A stretch of DNA of 64,000 nucleotides from Geosiphon pyriformis uo1 (taxonomy: Eukaryota > Fungi > Glomeromycota). Every line of letters starts with the position of its first letter. Position 1 is the first letter of the stretch. Below the pieces are notes generated by a model. That model saw only the letters and a list, made by a program, of their open reading frames with translations, was not told the DNA's origin and made no database searches. The position numbers and the translations under genes were made by a program. Of the stretch, positions 25,470 through 39,543 are shown piece by piece. The stretch lies in NCBI GenBank assembly GCA_016748015.1, contig JAAOMT010000617.1, positions 314,257 to 378,256 of the forward strand, given 5' to 3'.

Positions 25470-26370
25470 ACAAAATATTTAAGAAGATTGAACCTGAGTT
25501 TGATGTAATTAATAAAAATATGTCAAAAAATGTAGATTGGGTTCAAATCTTTTCAGTTTGATATCTTAACTTGCATATGGTGGCTGGTTTTATAAATAAA
25601 TTTATTACTGGTTTGCACTCATACTTTATAAAAGCTTTGCACTATTATTTGCTGGTTGCTGTTTAGAAATATTTGTATAATAAGAAGTATTTTAGTGTGT
25701 TGTGTTTTTATTATAGGAAGATTGAAACTTCTAACTATTTTTTTGTATATTTAATAGATTTTAATGTCTATAACAATCTGCTTAAATTATGCTCAATTTA
25801 GTAAGGTGCTGTGTTAGACTTAGAATTGCCATTGTTTTATGTTCTGCAAATGCTTTTTTTGTGTATTTCTGATGATACTATGTAGACTGTTTTGTGTAAG
25901 AATTTTGTATTTAAGAAATAGTGCTTAAAAGCTGTATTTATTTTTAATAATATTAAAATTACTAATAGTAAGATAATCAATTTAATACAAAATTTGGAGA
26001 TAGCTCATTGTACTAAGATATAGATAGTAAAAATTAAGTATAGAATAGTTATGGAAAAAAAGATCTAATTTTGTTTGATATTTTGGTGTCTTTTAAGATC
26101 TGTGGTTTGTTGTTTTTGTTTTCTGGTGATGTTATTAAGTTGCTTAGAATTACAAAGACACATAAAATCAGTTTTGGTTTCAATAAGTCTTGCAGTTTTT
26201 TTTAATACAGATAGTGCTATAACTATTAAAATAGATTTATAGTATTGCTCTAATTAGCCCAAATGGCTGGTCATATATAGAAAATGCATAATTTGCATCT
26301 AGTTTAAATTACTTAATTTGATGTATTATGCTAAATAATATTTGGGTTTCATTTATTAAATAAATAAAAA
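25470..26370 (+). mobile_element. 5'-truncated degenerate LINE (ORF2 C-terminus and 3' UTR)
   Basis: Collinear with the reverse complement of 17300-18070; 3' UTR motif CCCAAATGGCTGGTCATAT at ~26258; A-rich tail. Confidence 0.8.
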
Positions 26371-27808
26371 ATATATATATTTAAATTAGTTAACAAAAAC
26401 TTTGCTTTAGTCTATTTAAAAAATGTTATTGTATACTTAAAAATTAATTCAATTAAATTTTTTTTAAATGTCAATTTATTTAGTTTTTTGATTATCTTAT
26501 TATAAAAGATAAATTAAAAAAATTAAAAAGTTCAAACAACTAATAAATATATATAAATTGTGTTTTTTTTTTAATTTAGTTTTTTATTATCAAAAATTTG
26601 TTAAAATTTTTTTAATCTATTTTTTTTAAATTAACTATTTAAAAGAAAATTTAATTATTATTAAAATATATATTAATAAAAGTTTTTAAGATTTATTATG
26701 TTAAATAATAGTTGCTAAATTATTTAATAAATAATATTAAACTCTTGATAATTTTTTTAATCCTATAATAAATTAATTAAAAATTTGAATATTAAAATAA
26801 TAATAATTATTTTTAATTGCTTAATTTTTCTGAAAAGTTTGTTAAATTTTCCAAAATAAATAATAACAAATTTAATTGGTTTTTATTTTATGATTTGAAA
26901 TTAATTTTGAGAAATATAAAACTTTATAATATTATAATCAAGTTTTTAAAAATGAGTTTAATAAATATTAAAGTTAGTAGCTTTTATTTATTTTAATAAA
27001 TAGTAAAATAAAATTTTTATAAAGATTGTATTTTTTTAATATTATAGTTTTTAAAAGATAATTATTAATTTGGTTTTTTATGTATTAATAAAATGTTTTT
27101 TTACAATTGTAATTCTGTTTTAAATTTTAAATTTTTGTTTGCAATAAATATAAATTAACTAATAGTACTTTAAAATATTATATTTAAAAGTAATTACTAA
27201 TTTACATAATTTTTAATTGTATAAATTTTTTTAAAAAGCACCAAATATTATACTTGAATTTTTAAATATTGTTAACACTAATTTTATTGCTAATTTTATT
27301 ATTAATAAAAGCTATTAAACTTTTAATAATATATTTATTTTCAAAGTATTTTTTATATTTTAAATTTATAAGATATTAAACTTATTATAAAATAGTTAAA
27401 TTTATGTTAATAATTTTTAATATAATTATTTTGCAATAAAACTCAACATTTTTACAAAAATTTTTGATTGTAAACTTTTTAAAATAATAATAAAATAACA
27501 AAATATTGTTTTAATTTATTAATTTAAAAAAATTTTTTTTAAACTTAAAATAATTAATTTTAGAATATTAATTTAAGTAATAAATTTTAAATAATAATTA
27601 TTATTAATTTTTAGATTATTAAAATAGAGATTTTATTTTGTTAATTTGTAATAATTAATAAATTTTATTTGTAATTTTTTTTTTATTAAATTTTCATGAG
27701 TGCAATTCAACTACTACTTAAATACATAAAATCAAACAAGATTCTAATTTAAATATAGCTCATGTCTTTTTTACATGTGATCAGACACTCGGCCCAATTA
27801 AGGCAGCA

Positions 27809-30800
27809 CTATGCACTCACAAGATTTGTTAAAGAAATATTACATAAGAAACTGAAACCTAAACTAGCAATATGGAAACACAAACCAAAGCTCACATAAA
27901 TATCCAACCTGATACTGAGACTATGAATGATATCACCAACCCAGAAGTCTGACAAATCAGCAACTGATAACACTGCAGATCCATCACGTGATAACAGATT
28001 GTGTTTCTCATAGAATGCCCTCAATTTGGCTGCAGATAACCAAATATCTAACCTATGATTTTCTATAAAACCACAAACCAAATCGACAATCATATGACCA
28101 CTAGAAGCAGAGCCAAAACACTGGATAGCATCAGCCATTCAGCTTTTCAACACAAATTTCTTGGCCAACAACATGTACAAACTATTAAATAAATTAGTTT
28201 CGCAGAGATAATGTGTCACCTTATCTCCTATAGCAAACTCACCAACCACCTCGCACCACTTTTTCCTAATAGACAATAATATAGTTCTTCTGGTATTGTC
28301 ATTATGTAAGCACAAAAATAGGTAATCAGAGTCCTCACTCATACCACATCTAATGCACATCATGCTAGAATATCTGGAATTGTACAACCTCTTTCTCATA
28401 GTAACCAGCAGACAACAATGCAGAGATTTTATAAAATAGAACCACAGAGAAACTGAAGATGAACTGGTATAACTGAAGTAGATTCTACCATCAGGGTACC
28501 AAATACTGAATGACTTGGGTGTATCAACTTTGCCAACATTATTAACATCAACAATGCTAGTGCTACATCTGGAGTCCTAACTGACAGAATTAATGGTATT
28601 GAACAAATTTTTAATGAAATGATGTGTATTCCCAAAAACAGATCTGTTTTTAATCTTAAAAAAGCAATATAGCACATCCAGGAACAGCATAGACTTAGAG
28701 AAAACAGCAGTATTAGCAAAAAAATCTGCTCGTTTGTTCTTGACAATGTCTGAATGTTTTTTGACCTTTTTCCACATGACTAACAGATTTTTTTTGAAAT
28801 AACTTGACAAATATGCTCTTTCTCAATCCAACACTTACAGCAAAAATCAAAACCAGACATGTCTATATCAAATTTACAAATATTCAGCAATGTCTGACTA
28901 TCTGTGAACAATTCAATTGTGCTAAAGACAGGTACACACTCCAGCACCAAAGTGATGGCTTGCAGCTCTACTAGTGTTAAGGACAATAAGCCAAGAACTT
29001 TACATTAATGCTAGCATTGGCTCTTAGAAAGTAAGCAGCAGTGCTGCCATAGACACTAATTGACCCTAAACTCTTAACAAACTCATCAATGTAAACTTCA
29101 ATGGATCTACTTTTAAAGACCAACAAATGCTCAGAAGTAAAACCAACATCATGAAAAAATTTGGTGGGAGCAGAATAGGACATCACAGTCACGTTGATAT
29201 CCAAACCACTATTTTTGACAAAATTAGTAACAGAAACAAACCAAGTAAGAATTGGATCTCTTGGGTCGAATCTTTTCCATCTGTAAAAGATGTTCCAAGT
29301 GAAGCACACACCATGACAATCTAAAAGTTGGCTGGCAAAAATGAGGCCATATTTTCTGAGAGATTTTCTAACACCTAAATAACCATCCAGGCCCAGCACA
29401 TCCAAAATTGACACACCAGTTCCAGCCCAAAAAACATTAGAAAACACACCACCTAAGAAGGTTTTGCACAAAGTAAGTATTCATGTAATGCCAGCCAAAA
29501 AACAATTCAAAGGATTAATAGGTAACGTAACCAGAAAACAAAGAGGATGCTAGGGCATCCAGCTGGCAGCCTGTAAGTTTATCACTCTGTGGTCAAAAAA
29601 TTTGCCAAGAGTTCCACCAGTATTACCAAAATTGATCAGATTGGCCAACAAACTTTCAGAAAGCACTTGTTCAAAAGGCTTTAGGCCATATAATTCAGGA
29701 TGATGCAATGCCATACTAGGAAAGTCTCTAGGCAAATTTGTTTTAAACTTAAGCTCTTTTCTTAACAATTTGTCCCATTTTTTACAAACACTCTTAGAGG
29801 CAAAGCTAAATTAAAGTCTATAACAAATGATAAACTGTAAAACAGCAGAAACCAAATACAAAAATTGCTTCTCAGTAATGGTTTTTTTCAAAACTACATT
29901 CAAAAAAAACTTGATATTATTATAAGTTTTGGTTAAACTCGGCTTAAAAAGGCCCTCAATTGCCAGATAGATCCCCAAATAATAATGAAACTTGCCTTTC
30001 TTAGCCACTAAGATTTTTAACCCACTAATAAACAGTTCAGCATTCTTAATATCTTAGTTGATGGGAATAGTAACAGTTTTCTCAGTATTTATTAAAATGT
30101 TATTAATAGAAAAGAATTTACTTGCTATGTTCAAGATATTTTGTGTTGCCACTAAGCAATTTCTGACCCAAATTGTGTCATCAACAAAGGCACCTGCAGC
30201 AAAAAATAAGGTTCTGTTATTACTTGGGTCAGGTTTGCCAGACTTGGCATAGAATCTCGAACACATTCAGTAGCCATATAATTGTTTATGTTTCTTGATT
30301 TTACAGAGCAATGGATTATAGAAAATATGTCACAGCAGTGGTAAAAATACCTTTCCTTGATCCAGACCATCATGCACAATGTAACCAACAGACAAACCAA
30401 AATCTATTATAACCCAATTGAATCGACTATTGTGTATGCTACTAAAAAAACTTATAAAACAGGAACACATTTTGATTCTGACCAGACTATTAAGCAAATA
30501 AGACCATCTAACAGAATTATAAGTCTTGCACATATTCTAAAAGACCAACCACAACTCTCTGTTCTTCTTCAGAGCATTTTCAATAATTGAGCCAACAGCA
30601 AAAATAGGGAATTGTGTAGAAGTGTCTTTCAACACTGAAAAATTGTCACCATGCAAAATATCAAACTGGCTGCAAGCCAGAGAAATCCTGTCTGAAAAAA
30701 TTTTAAACAAGATCTTCCACATAGTCTCAATTAGCATGATTGGTTTAGTATTAGTAAAAGTGCCTTTCTAATCATAAGGTTTAAGAATTATGGAGACCCA

Positions 30801-32477
30801 GGACCTTCTCCATTGCTCAAGAACCCCTCCAGATATCAAACATCTATTGAAAATACTTAAAAGACTATTGAGGTGTTTCTATAGTTCATTGAGAATGCCA
30901 GAAAGTCCAGTAGCCTTGCCATCTGGCAAGTCTCTGACAATCTGTAAAAGTTCTTTTATGCTAATATTACTCATAACCCCAGAAAATATATCATCATCTA
31001 CATAACTTAAAAGAGCCTATTGAACATTTTAGTGACCTAACAGAGCACCAATAACCAAATGTTTCCTTGTCCAACCTTCCATTATAGTATTAATTGAAGA
31101 CTTGATTGCCTAAGGCTCCAAGATAAGCTCATTGTCAACAATCAAATGATTGAAAACCACTTTCCTAAAGAGTTGATCTAGGATGCTATTTATCATTTGC
31201 TCCTTATCTGCACAAAAATTTTCCATGTATCTTGACACAGCCTTTCTGATAGAATCATTCTTGGCAACTTTGGATTCATAATACTTGGACCTATGGTAAC
31301 CTCTTTTGATAACCAAAATATGACCTAAAATATTCTTAACCTTAACATCCTTATCGATTATAATGCAAACTCTGGATGTCTCATTGCCATTTATGTTTGC
31401 CTAAGTACCAACCAAGTAGTCAGTCTCTAAACTCAAACCTGAATTTAAACTACTAACAATTTTGGACATCAGTAATTTCAACCTGTGAAACTTAGAAGAT
31501 GACTTGTTTCTTGCACTTTTAAACTCTTTAAACCAGAGTCTGGAGAATATTTCATCAGCAAAGTCAACCACTACCCCTTTAAAAATATCTCACATGTTGT
31601 CTAAATTACTACTGTGTTCTGCAACATAAAAATCAACTGTCTTCTTCAAAAATTTGTCCACAGAGCACTCCATAAAGCATTCCTACTCATTGACATCCAT
31701 GCTCTTCAGCTTGAATTTCTAACAATTCTTATTTGCTTGTTTGCATAACATCTTCAACCAAACATCCAAAAGCCCACCCAAATCTACTGAGACTAAGATA
31801 GCTTTGTAATCAATATCAAAAAATTCAGAAACAGAATTAATCCTATGACTGGCCACAGCTAAAATTAGAGTCTTACTAATCAAGATATAATCAATAACTT
31901 TTTCAACACTCCTCGAGTTGTTCCATGTAGAGGCTTCAGCCAAAGGATGTTTACCAAAAAAATTGACTAAGTCCAGACCCAAACAAAATCCATAATTCGC
32001 ACTTTTTTTAGAATTGCACTTATTAAAATCACCACTTAAGACAACAAAACTGCTGGAATTAACTACCCGAGCTATAAAAAAATTAACACTGAATGTCTGT
32101 TCAAATTGTTCACCTGAAGAGGCACAAACATACAAGCCAATAATTGAAACTGAAACTCTGCTTTTAAAAAGAAGATATACTAAAACAATGTGACCAAGAA
32201 CTTCCTCTATCTTGGAAACATGTTGAGCCAAAAAATTGTCTATAATTATTGTTACACCAGTCCCAAAAAACTCACTATTTAGACCAGATGTGAAAATGCG
32301 CACACCTTCAAATTTGTTCATAATCTATGGCCTAATGTTGGGCTTTAGTTTTGTTTTAGTAATTATAGACACCATATTACCTAATTTTTTGTGTCAACAA
32401 ACAATATCTTTCTGCTTGGCAAGAACATTGATGCTCCAAACATTGCATGTAGCTATCTTTCATATCAAACCACTTAT
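27809..32477 (-). pseudogene. LINE ORF2 (endonuclease, RT, RNase H, Zn finger), decayed
   Basis: IATCNV...SGDFN...IDYILIS (APE); MCKTYNSV, GLDQG, AFVDDTIW, YLGIYL (RT); VYIDE/VELQAI/FTDSQ/KHSDIVKNKRAD (RNase H); CIRCGMSEDSDYLFLC. Confidence 0.92.
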
Positions 32478-34323
32478 TGGGATGAAGAGGATAATAAAAG
32501 ACCCAAACCAGCATATAAATAATCTAACTTTGCCAAAACTGAACCAACAAAAGCCTCAAAAGCCACCAACTTAGATTCCAAACTGTCAATCTTGGTCATT
32601 AAGACCTTTGAACTACTCTGACTCAAGGCTGAAACACTAGAAGAAACAGAAAAAGAGGGTAGGAGTACCAACTCCAGACCATCCACAATCATATTCAAAG
32701 CCAAATTTTTTTTGGCAGCAATCAAGGTAGCCGAAACTTCAGAGGAGAAAAATGAAACTTATGGCACCAATTCATTTTGCTAAGCTTACACACAATGCCA
32801 GAAACTTGGTCAGTTAATAGCTCTAAGGATTGTTCTAAAGAGACCAAATAAGCATCCAAAGACAAATTGTCAACTGAGATAAGAAGGATACCACCATTTA
32901 AACTTGAAGTGTTAAAGAAAGGAGAACCAGAACCAGAAGTAAAGTGAAAACCATTAGAGAAACCAGCAAGTGAGACCACCTGGATCCAGAATTTGCCACC
33001 AAAGACAACAGGACAAGATATTTGAACACTTTTTTTCTCATACAACTTTGCCAATTAAAGATGACATCCATCAGATACAACCCTCTTAAATGTTTTTAAA
33101 AGCCTAAAAATAGATGCAACTGGTGCATTACATTCCAAAACAGAATGGCCAAACTTTTCACATCTTTTACACTGAACCAGATCTATTCTTGTCCAAGAAA
33201 GTTTAATACTACCAAGAATTAGCTTCGTGTAAAAAGCAGATTCCAGATCATCATCAGAATTAAAACCAACCACAATACAGTGAGTCTTATTGCCAGTTTC
33301 CACAGATCTGTTTATGACACAAGTTTTTTTACTAGCTCTCTCCAAAAAAGTCTCAAGATCATGTGCCATTGTTCCCATTGACAAAGTAAATAAAAATGCT
33401 TTAAACTGATACTTAGATGCTCAAGTCTCACAATTTCCCACTGCTTTGGCTATATACACAGAATCTTTACCTATCAGGAATAACTATTTAAAGACCAACA
33501 AATCAGCTTGGTCTAATTCAATAAATTCTACCACAGCTTTTTGCCACATTCCAATTAATTGAATTTTGATTGACTTAATTTCTCCAAATTTGGATACTAT
33601 AGTAACAATCATATCTTTAGACATATCTATGAGAATTTTCTTGATTATCACACCCCAATCTGACCTTATTCCTTGTTTCTTAAGATTGCTGTTTACATTG
33701 ATCCCTTTTTCTCTGACCAATGATGTGGCTATTTCCATGCTTTTTTCTGAAGTAAACATTAATCAGATAATCCCTTCAAATTTTGAGGGGATATTAGCCT
33801 TTCCAAAACTATTAACTGATGAAAAAATTTTTCTGATGAATTGAGTCTTTGCCATTGCTGATTTCCCTTCCACAACACTAAGATTAATGTCAAGAACAAA
33901 AGACTTTCTGACAGACATTTCAACTTGAGATTTGACAATTTTTAGGTCAACTCATTTTTTTTCAAGAGAGATTTTAAGAAAGGGGGGGAAGAGCCCATCA
34001 TTTTTATCCATGCTATAATTGATTGAGCCAAAAAGGGAGCCACAGACCAGATTGGTATTCACTTTTTTTATTTTAGAAGTATTTGTTGCCAAACCAAGAA
34101 AAAAACCATTACCAACACCAAAAAAAACATCATTATCTCTACTATCACCAGATACACTGTCCATATCCGAATACACATCATGACTAGGATCAGATTTGAC
34201 CAAAAAGATATCTTTTTCATCTCCAGAATGCTTAATATTACCAACAGAAACCCTTTTTTTTTAGAAGAAAGAATCCTCAACAGGACCATGAAGAACCCCT
34301 ATAAGTGTCTTTTTTTTAGACAT
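32474..34323 (-). pseudogene. LINE ORF1 (RRM-like region, CCHC knuckle, coiled coil), decayed
   Basis: ATG at 34323 (MSKKKT); VSKFGEIKSIKIQL...AVVEF (RRM-like); CKRCEKFGHSVLEC; ends SSSSQ* overlapping the ORF2 start. Confidence 0.85.
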
Positions 34324-35251
34324 AGCACTACTTGAAGCAGCAGTCAGGTTTACCACAAAAAGATTATTTGATTGAGAAATGTTTGAAAAAGATAGCAAGA
34401 AAAAATAAAAACTTCTTTTTTGAAAAAATTTGTTTTTTGGAGTTTTTTGGAAGTAAAAGAAAAAAAAAGTTTTAATTTTTTGTAATTCTAGGCTATAATT
34501 TCTTTTTCTCAAAAAAAACTTTTCTTTTATATAGTTATAATACTGTTACAGTTGAAACTTATACTTTTTATTAATTATCACATGTATTAGCCACTGATGT
34601 CATATAAATTAGCCACTCTATTTTTAGTAAGTAATCATTGACTTAGTTGTTGACCTAATTATTAACCATTTTTGATAGCTATATAAGTAATGAATCTTTT
34701 AACTGTAGAAAAGCATAAAGAAATCAAGGAAATCAAATAAATAAAATAACAACTTTCATCTCAATCCTTCTCTTATTGCTAATTTTTTTTTCCATACTTT
34801 CAAGTATCTGAACATTTTAAAGATAAAAGATTACTTGTTGGTTATTTCTTACTTTTTTTCTGAAATGTGTAATTGCAACATTTGGAGATTATTGAATAAA
34901 ACGTAACTGAAGAGCATATCTAATACTTGATATTGAATTCTAAGAGCGCCGACATAAAGCATAGAATTATACCAAGTATAATCATTTGTTGACAGTACAG
35001 ACTATTCCTCTACTTTCAGATTCCCCAGTTATCTTTGAAAAGTATAGCAACTGAGATATTTTATGAGACTAATCTCATATATTGAATTCATACTTATTCA
35101 ATTCACTCTTTGAAATTGAATTCCCTTTGATTATTCCCATCATCTTACAATCCTGTTCTCCCTTGCTATCCATTAGCTTGTTACTCCAACCTGTAACATA
35201 AAAGTGGTGCTCCCTGTAAAGTTGTCAAAATCCACTTTGTTTCCTATTTGT

Positions 35252-36802
35252 ATGGGTGATTATTCATATCTGCCACAACAATCAAAAAAACACTTTAAAG
35301 CACACAACAAAAATGACCTAGATTTTATTGAACTTAATCTTTTGCCCTCCTGCTTGATTTGCTTCCCCATTGAAGAACAATTCAGCAGACAATTTCAAGA
35401 CTTTTGGAACTGGTTCCTAAACAAACATTCAGCTGAAATCTACACAACTTATACAATCTATTACTTTGATTAAGCTTATTTTGAAGACAACTTTGAAGAA
35501 AGAAACAATAGTATCAATCAGCTTTTATATTCTACAACTTTTGAACAACAGCCCCCTGATCTCGAATATCTGAATCATCAAATCCACATTTGGATTGTTG
35601 CCCATCAATCAACAGAAACTTCTCTTGAAACAGAAGAAGAAAGCTATCAAACCACTCCTGTTTTTGATCTCTTTTCAAGTGAATTAAAACACTCTACACA
35701 AACAGTTACATCTGAACCAATGGCTCAAGACCCTTTGCAACAAAACATTCTGATTGCCCTCCAAGATATACAGACTGCTTTAGAGCGAAGAAACAACATC
35801 TCATTATTATTATTCAAAGATAATGTCCAAGATCTAATTAAATAGTTGGATGATTTTAAAAGAGCTGCCACAGCAAACCAATATGATAATGAATACAAGT
35901 TCCAAATCATTGGTGGCTACCTCCAAGGCTCTCTTACTACTTGGTTCTTACAAGAAACCAATGCCAATGCTTAGCAAAAAATTATTAGATGAGCACTGGC
36001 AAATGCTGAAAAAGACAACATCTCTTTCACTATCTGGTTTGAAACTAAATTTAGAACTCCTATCTTAATCTCAAAATGGTGTATAGAATTAGAAAGAAAA
36101 ACTCAAGGCTCTGGTGAGATTGTGACAGAATATGCTAAAGCAATAAGAAAACTCATTAAATGGGTAGACTCTGGAAGAAATTAAACAGAAAAGCAGAAAA
36201 TACATTCTTTTACAAAAAAACTGAGAACTGATCTATTATATGCTCTTTGGTCCCTCCTGGTCTTGAAAAATAATCCCACAATGGACATAGCCATTGAACT
36301 TGCTCAGAGAATAAAAGACAATCAAAAAATGCACCTAGGATCCACACTTCCAGTTTTTGCTCCTGTTTTTGTTATGGCTTCTGCTCCTCAAATGGCTGCT
36401 ATCTCTTTTGCTGCCTAAACTCAAGACCCAAATGAACAGTTAATAGATAGACTTACAGTTAATCTTGTCTGGCTATTAGAATCATTGGCCCAAGCAGTTA
36501 GAGAAAATCAACAACCCTAAAGACTCAGATTTGAACCTCATTTCAATCAGCCTTAACAACTACTATATCAAAGACAGCAAAATCGTAGCCCATCTATGTG
36601 CTATCATTGTGGACTAACTGGATATTTTTCAAGAGACTGCAACAATTCTTCATTGCCCTTTTCAGCTTCTAGAAACAATGACAATCAAAACAACAGAACC
36701 ATTAACAATAATGTTCCCAACCAAAGAACCAATTATGCCAACATCAATTTCTTTGGAGAGGATTTCCTAGTTGAAGCCACTGTTTATCAGCCTTTAAACT
36801 AG
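35252..36802 (+). pseudogene. gag: Gypsy B gag (decayed)
   Basis: Gag-like segments (LDDFKRAATANQY; RKTQGSGEIVTEYAKAIRKL); CYHCGLTGYFSRDC at ~36599; stop TAG 36800-36802. The start is approximate. Confidence 0.85.
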
Positions 36803-36830
36803 TAGGCGCACCTCCAAAGGGTGAGAGTAC
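36793..36830 (+). promoter_or_regulatory. -1 programmed ribosomal frameshift signal (gag to pol)
   Basis: T TTA AAC (36793-36799) is in the gag frame directly before TAG. The -1 frame is open into pol ORF 36889. Hairpin CACCT-ccaaa-GGGTG just downstream. Confidence 0.8.
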
Positions 36831-39485
36831 AAGCCAATTAGAAGAAAACCCCTTTTATGCTTTTAACCTAACTAATGATAATCATAATATGGATGAACTA
36901 GCAATCAACACTTCTGAATCAACCAGAAAGAAGAAAAAAGCTAAGGTTGATTTTGTTTTGGACCCAAACAAAGCATCCAAATCATCTGTTAATAACAATG
37001 AACCACCAAAGACTAAGATTTTTAAAAATCCTCCAAAGTTGGAACCCCCAGAAATTGTACAAAAATCTGGACTCTATTCTGTTGTTAAAGATCTCATGGA
37101 AACTCCAGCACACATTACATTTGGCCAACTGATGACCCATCCACAATTCAGAAAAGATCTTCACAAATCATTGATACCAAAAAAAAAGACACCAAAGACC
37201 AACAAATACTCTCGCCAAGCTGGACTTGCTGATAATAGCAATGTCATTCCTCTGATTTGTAAAGCCCAAGTGGCTGGCTACTTCATTGATCTGATCCTAG
37301 ACAGTGAATCATCTGTTAGTGTAATTACCAAACATTTTTTTGAAGCAATTGGCAGAAAAATTGATGAGCCTTCCATAAGACCAATGACTAATGTATATGG
37401 TAACAAGAAGAAAGGCCTGGGCATAACCAAAGCTATTCCTGTTCACATCAATGGTATCAGCATCAAAACAGATATGAAAGTATCTGAAGCAAAAGAGTAC
37501 ACCATTATTGTTAGTAATAAATGGCTTAAGAAAACCAAAGCACTACTTGACTATGAACTTTGTTAGCTAACCATCAGATGTGGTGAGAAACCTATTGTGG
37601 TTAAATGCTGACATTGGACAACTCCTCCAGTACCCAAGCAGAACCAAGAAGAAGAACAATCAGATGAATCAGATAATAATAAGAGCAATGATAAAAAAGA
37701 TCAAGAAGAACTAGAAAAAACTGCTGAACTCGCTTATACCATCTTCACCAGCAATGGCAAGCCACTGGACAATGTTAAAGCTAACAAAGAAAGAATCATG
37801 ATAAATGGCAAGCTGATCTGCTGGCCCTATTATAATATTCTCAGAAGAACTTTTGACAGAAAATCTAGCAAAAAAGCAAAATACAGTTATTAGTGGCATG
37901 GCCTTTGTGCATGATACTGATGTAATAAACCTTTGTATTTACCAAGTAATAAATGCAAATTCTGTCTAATCTACTACAAAGATTGGGAACCAATTAGCTT
38001 GATATTTCAAGAAGAACTTAAAGAAATACAAAAGTTTTTTGAGAATGAACCACCTGAAATCCAATCACTAGTTGTAAAACAAAGAAAACCTTTTCCTAAA
38101 AAAAGAAAAATGGACATTGAAAATCTGTTGGCTAGAAATAGCCCAGTTATCTTAAAAAAAGGTGATGCCCCTGGATGAATCCATGTGATACAACACACTA
38201 TCACCACCAAAGAAACTTGCCCCATCCATTTGAAGCCTTATCAATCCAATTGACACAATGATGAGTTTATCAAGAAAAAAATAAACTGGATGAAAGATCT
38301 TGGATTTATACAAAAAACCAAGAGTGAATGGGTTTCCCAGTTGTAGTGGTATCCAAGAAAGGTGGAACCCTATGCTTCTGTGTTAACTACCACCAATTAA
38401 ATGTCATCACTATAAGAGACATGTATTCACTTTCCAAAATTAATACAATGCTAGATAAATTCAATGGTGCTGTTTTCTTCTCAACTATTGATTTAACTGC
38501 TGGATTCTGGCAACTAGAAATGGATCCAGAAAGCAGAAAGAAAACTGCTTTTATAACCAAGTATGGCACCTATGAATTCACAGTCATGCCTTTTGGTCTC
38601 ACCAATACTCCTCCCACCTTTCAATGCCTAATGGATAAAGTGTTTGAATCAGTAAAAAAAAACTTTGTTCTGGTTTACTTGGATGACATAATAGTATATT
38701 CAAAAACCTGGGATGAACACCTTGAACATTTACAGAAGGTTTTTAACCTGCTCAGAAATGCTGGCCTTAAGATCAACCCAATCAAATCTTTCTTTAGATG
38801 CCAATCCACCCAATTTCTTGGTCATCTTGTTACAAAAGATGGAATTTTTCCTGACCCAGCTAAAGTTCAAAAAGTTCAAAACATTAGACAACCAATGAAT
38901 GTTCCTGAACTATGCTCTTTTCTTGGTTTGGCCTTTTACTATCACAAATTTATCAAAGATTTTTCCAAAATTGCCTTTTCTCTTAATCAACTATTCAAGA
39001 AAAATGTCAATTATCACTGAGACACTCATCAACAAAAAACTTTTGAATTTTTAAAGGAAAAACTTGTTATTGAACCAATTCTCAAACAACCTGATTTGAA
39101 CCAACTTTTTATCCTCCACACTGATACATCTGGCTATAAACTTGGTGCTGTTTTTTTACAGAAAGATGAAAATAACAGAGAACATGCCATAGCATATGCC
39201 AGTAGATCCCTCATACCAGCAGAAAAGAGCTATTTAATTACTAAACAAAAATGTCTAACAGTAGTTTGGGCTATCAACTACTGGGATCAATATCTTCTTG
39301 GTGCAAAATTCTTAGTGGTAACAAATCATCAAGCCTTGGTTTGGCTGCACAAGAAAAAAAAGCTGGAACACAAAAAAATAACTTGTTGGATACTTTACTT
39401 GGATGAATTCAACTATGATATTCAATATCACAAAAGAGCAAATCATCAAAATGCCGACACTTTATCTAGACTTACCATTCAGTAA
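36799..39485 (+). pseudogene. pol: Gypsy B pol: protease, RT, RNase H (decayed)
   Basis: LILDSESSVS; IDLTAGFWQ, MPFGLTN, VYLDDII; LHTDTSG...IAYASRSL...VTNHQAL...NADTLSR, then stop at 39483-39485. Confidence 0.95.
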
Positions 39486-39543
39486 CAGTACAACCTCTCA
39501 AACCAAACCAACTTAATTATTAGTAACTTCTTTATAAACAAAC

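Larger units (their letters stand above)
27675..34470 (-). mobile_element. Full-length (~6.8 kb) decayed LINE with ORF1 and ORF2 (APE-RT-RNase H-CCHC)
   Basis: Poly(A) seen as T-run 27675-27684; two collinear ORFs; pyrimidine-rich 5' UTR; possible imperfect TSD TTTGTAATT at both ends. Confidence 0.92.

Noticed and set aside
36782-36819. 38-nt GT...AG segment as a mini-intron joining gag and pol
   Set aside because: Very short with a poor donor; better explained by the -1 slippery site and hairpin, though not formally excluded.
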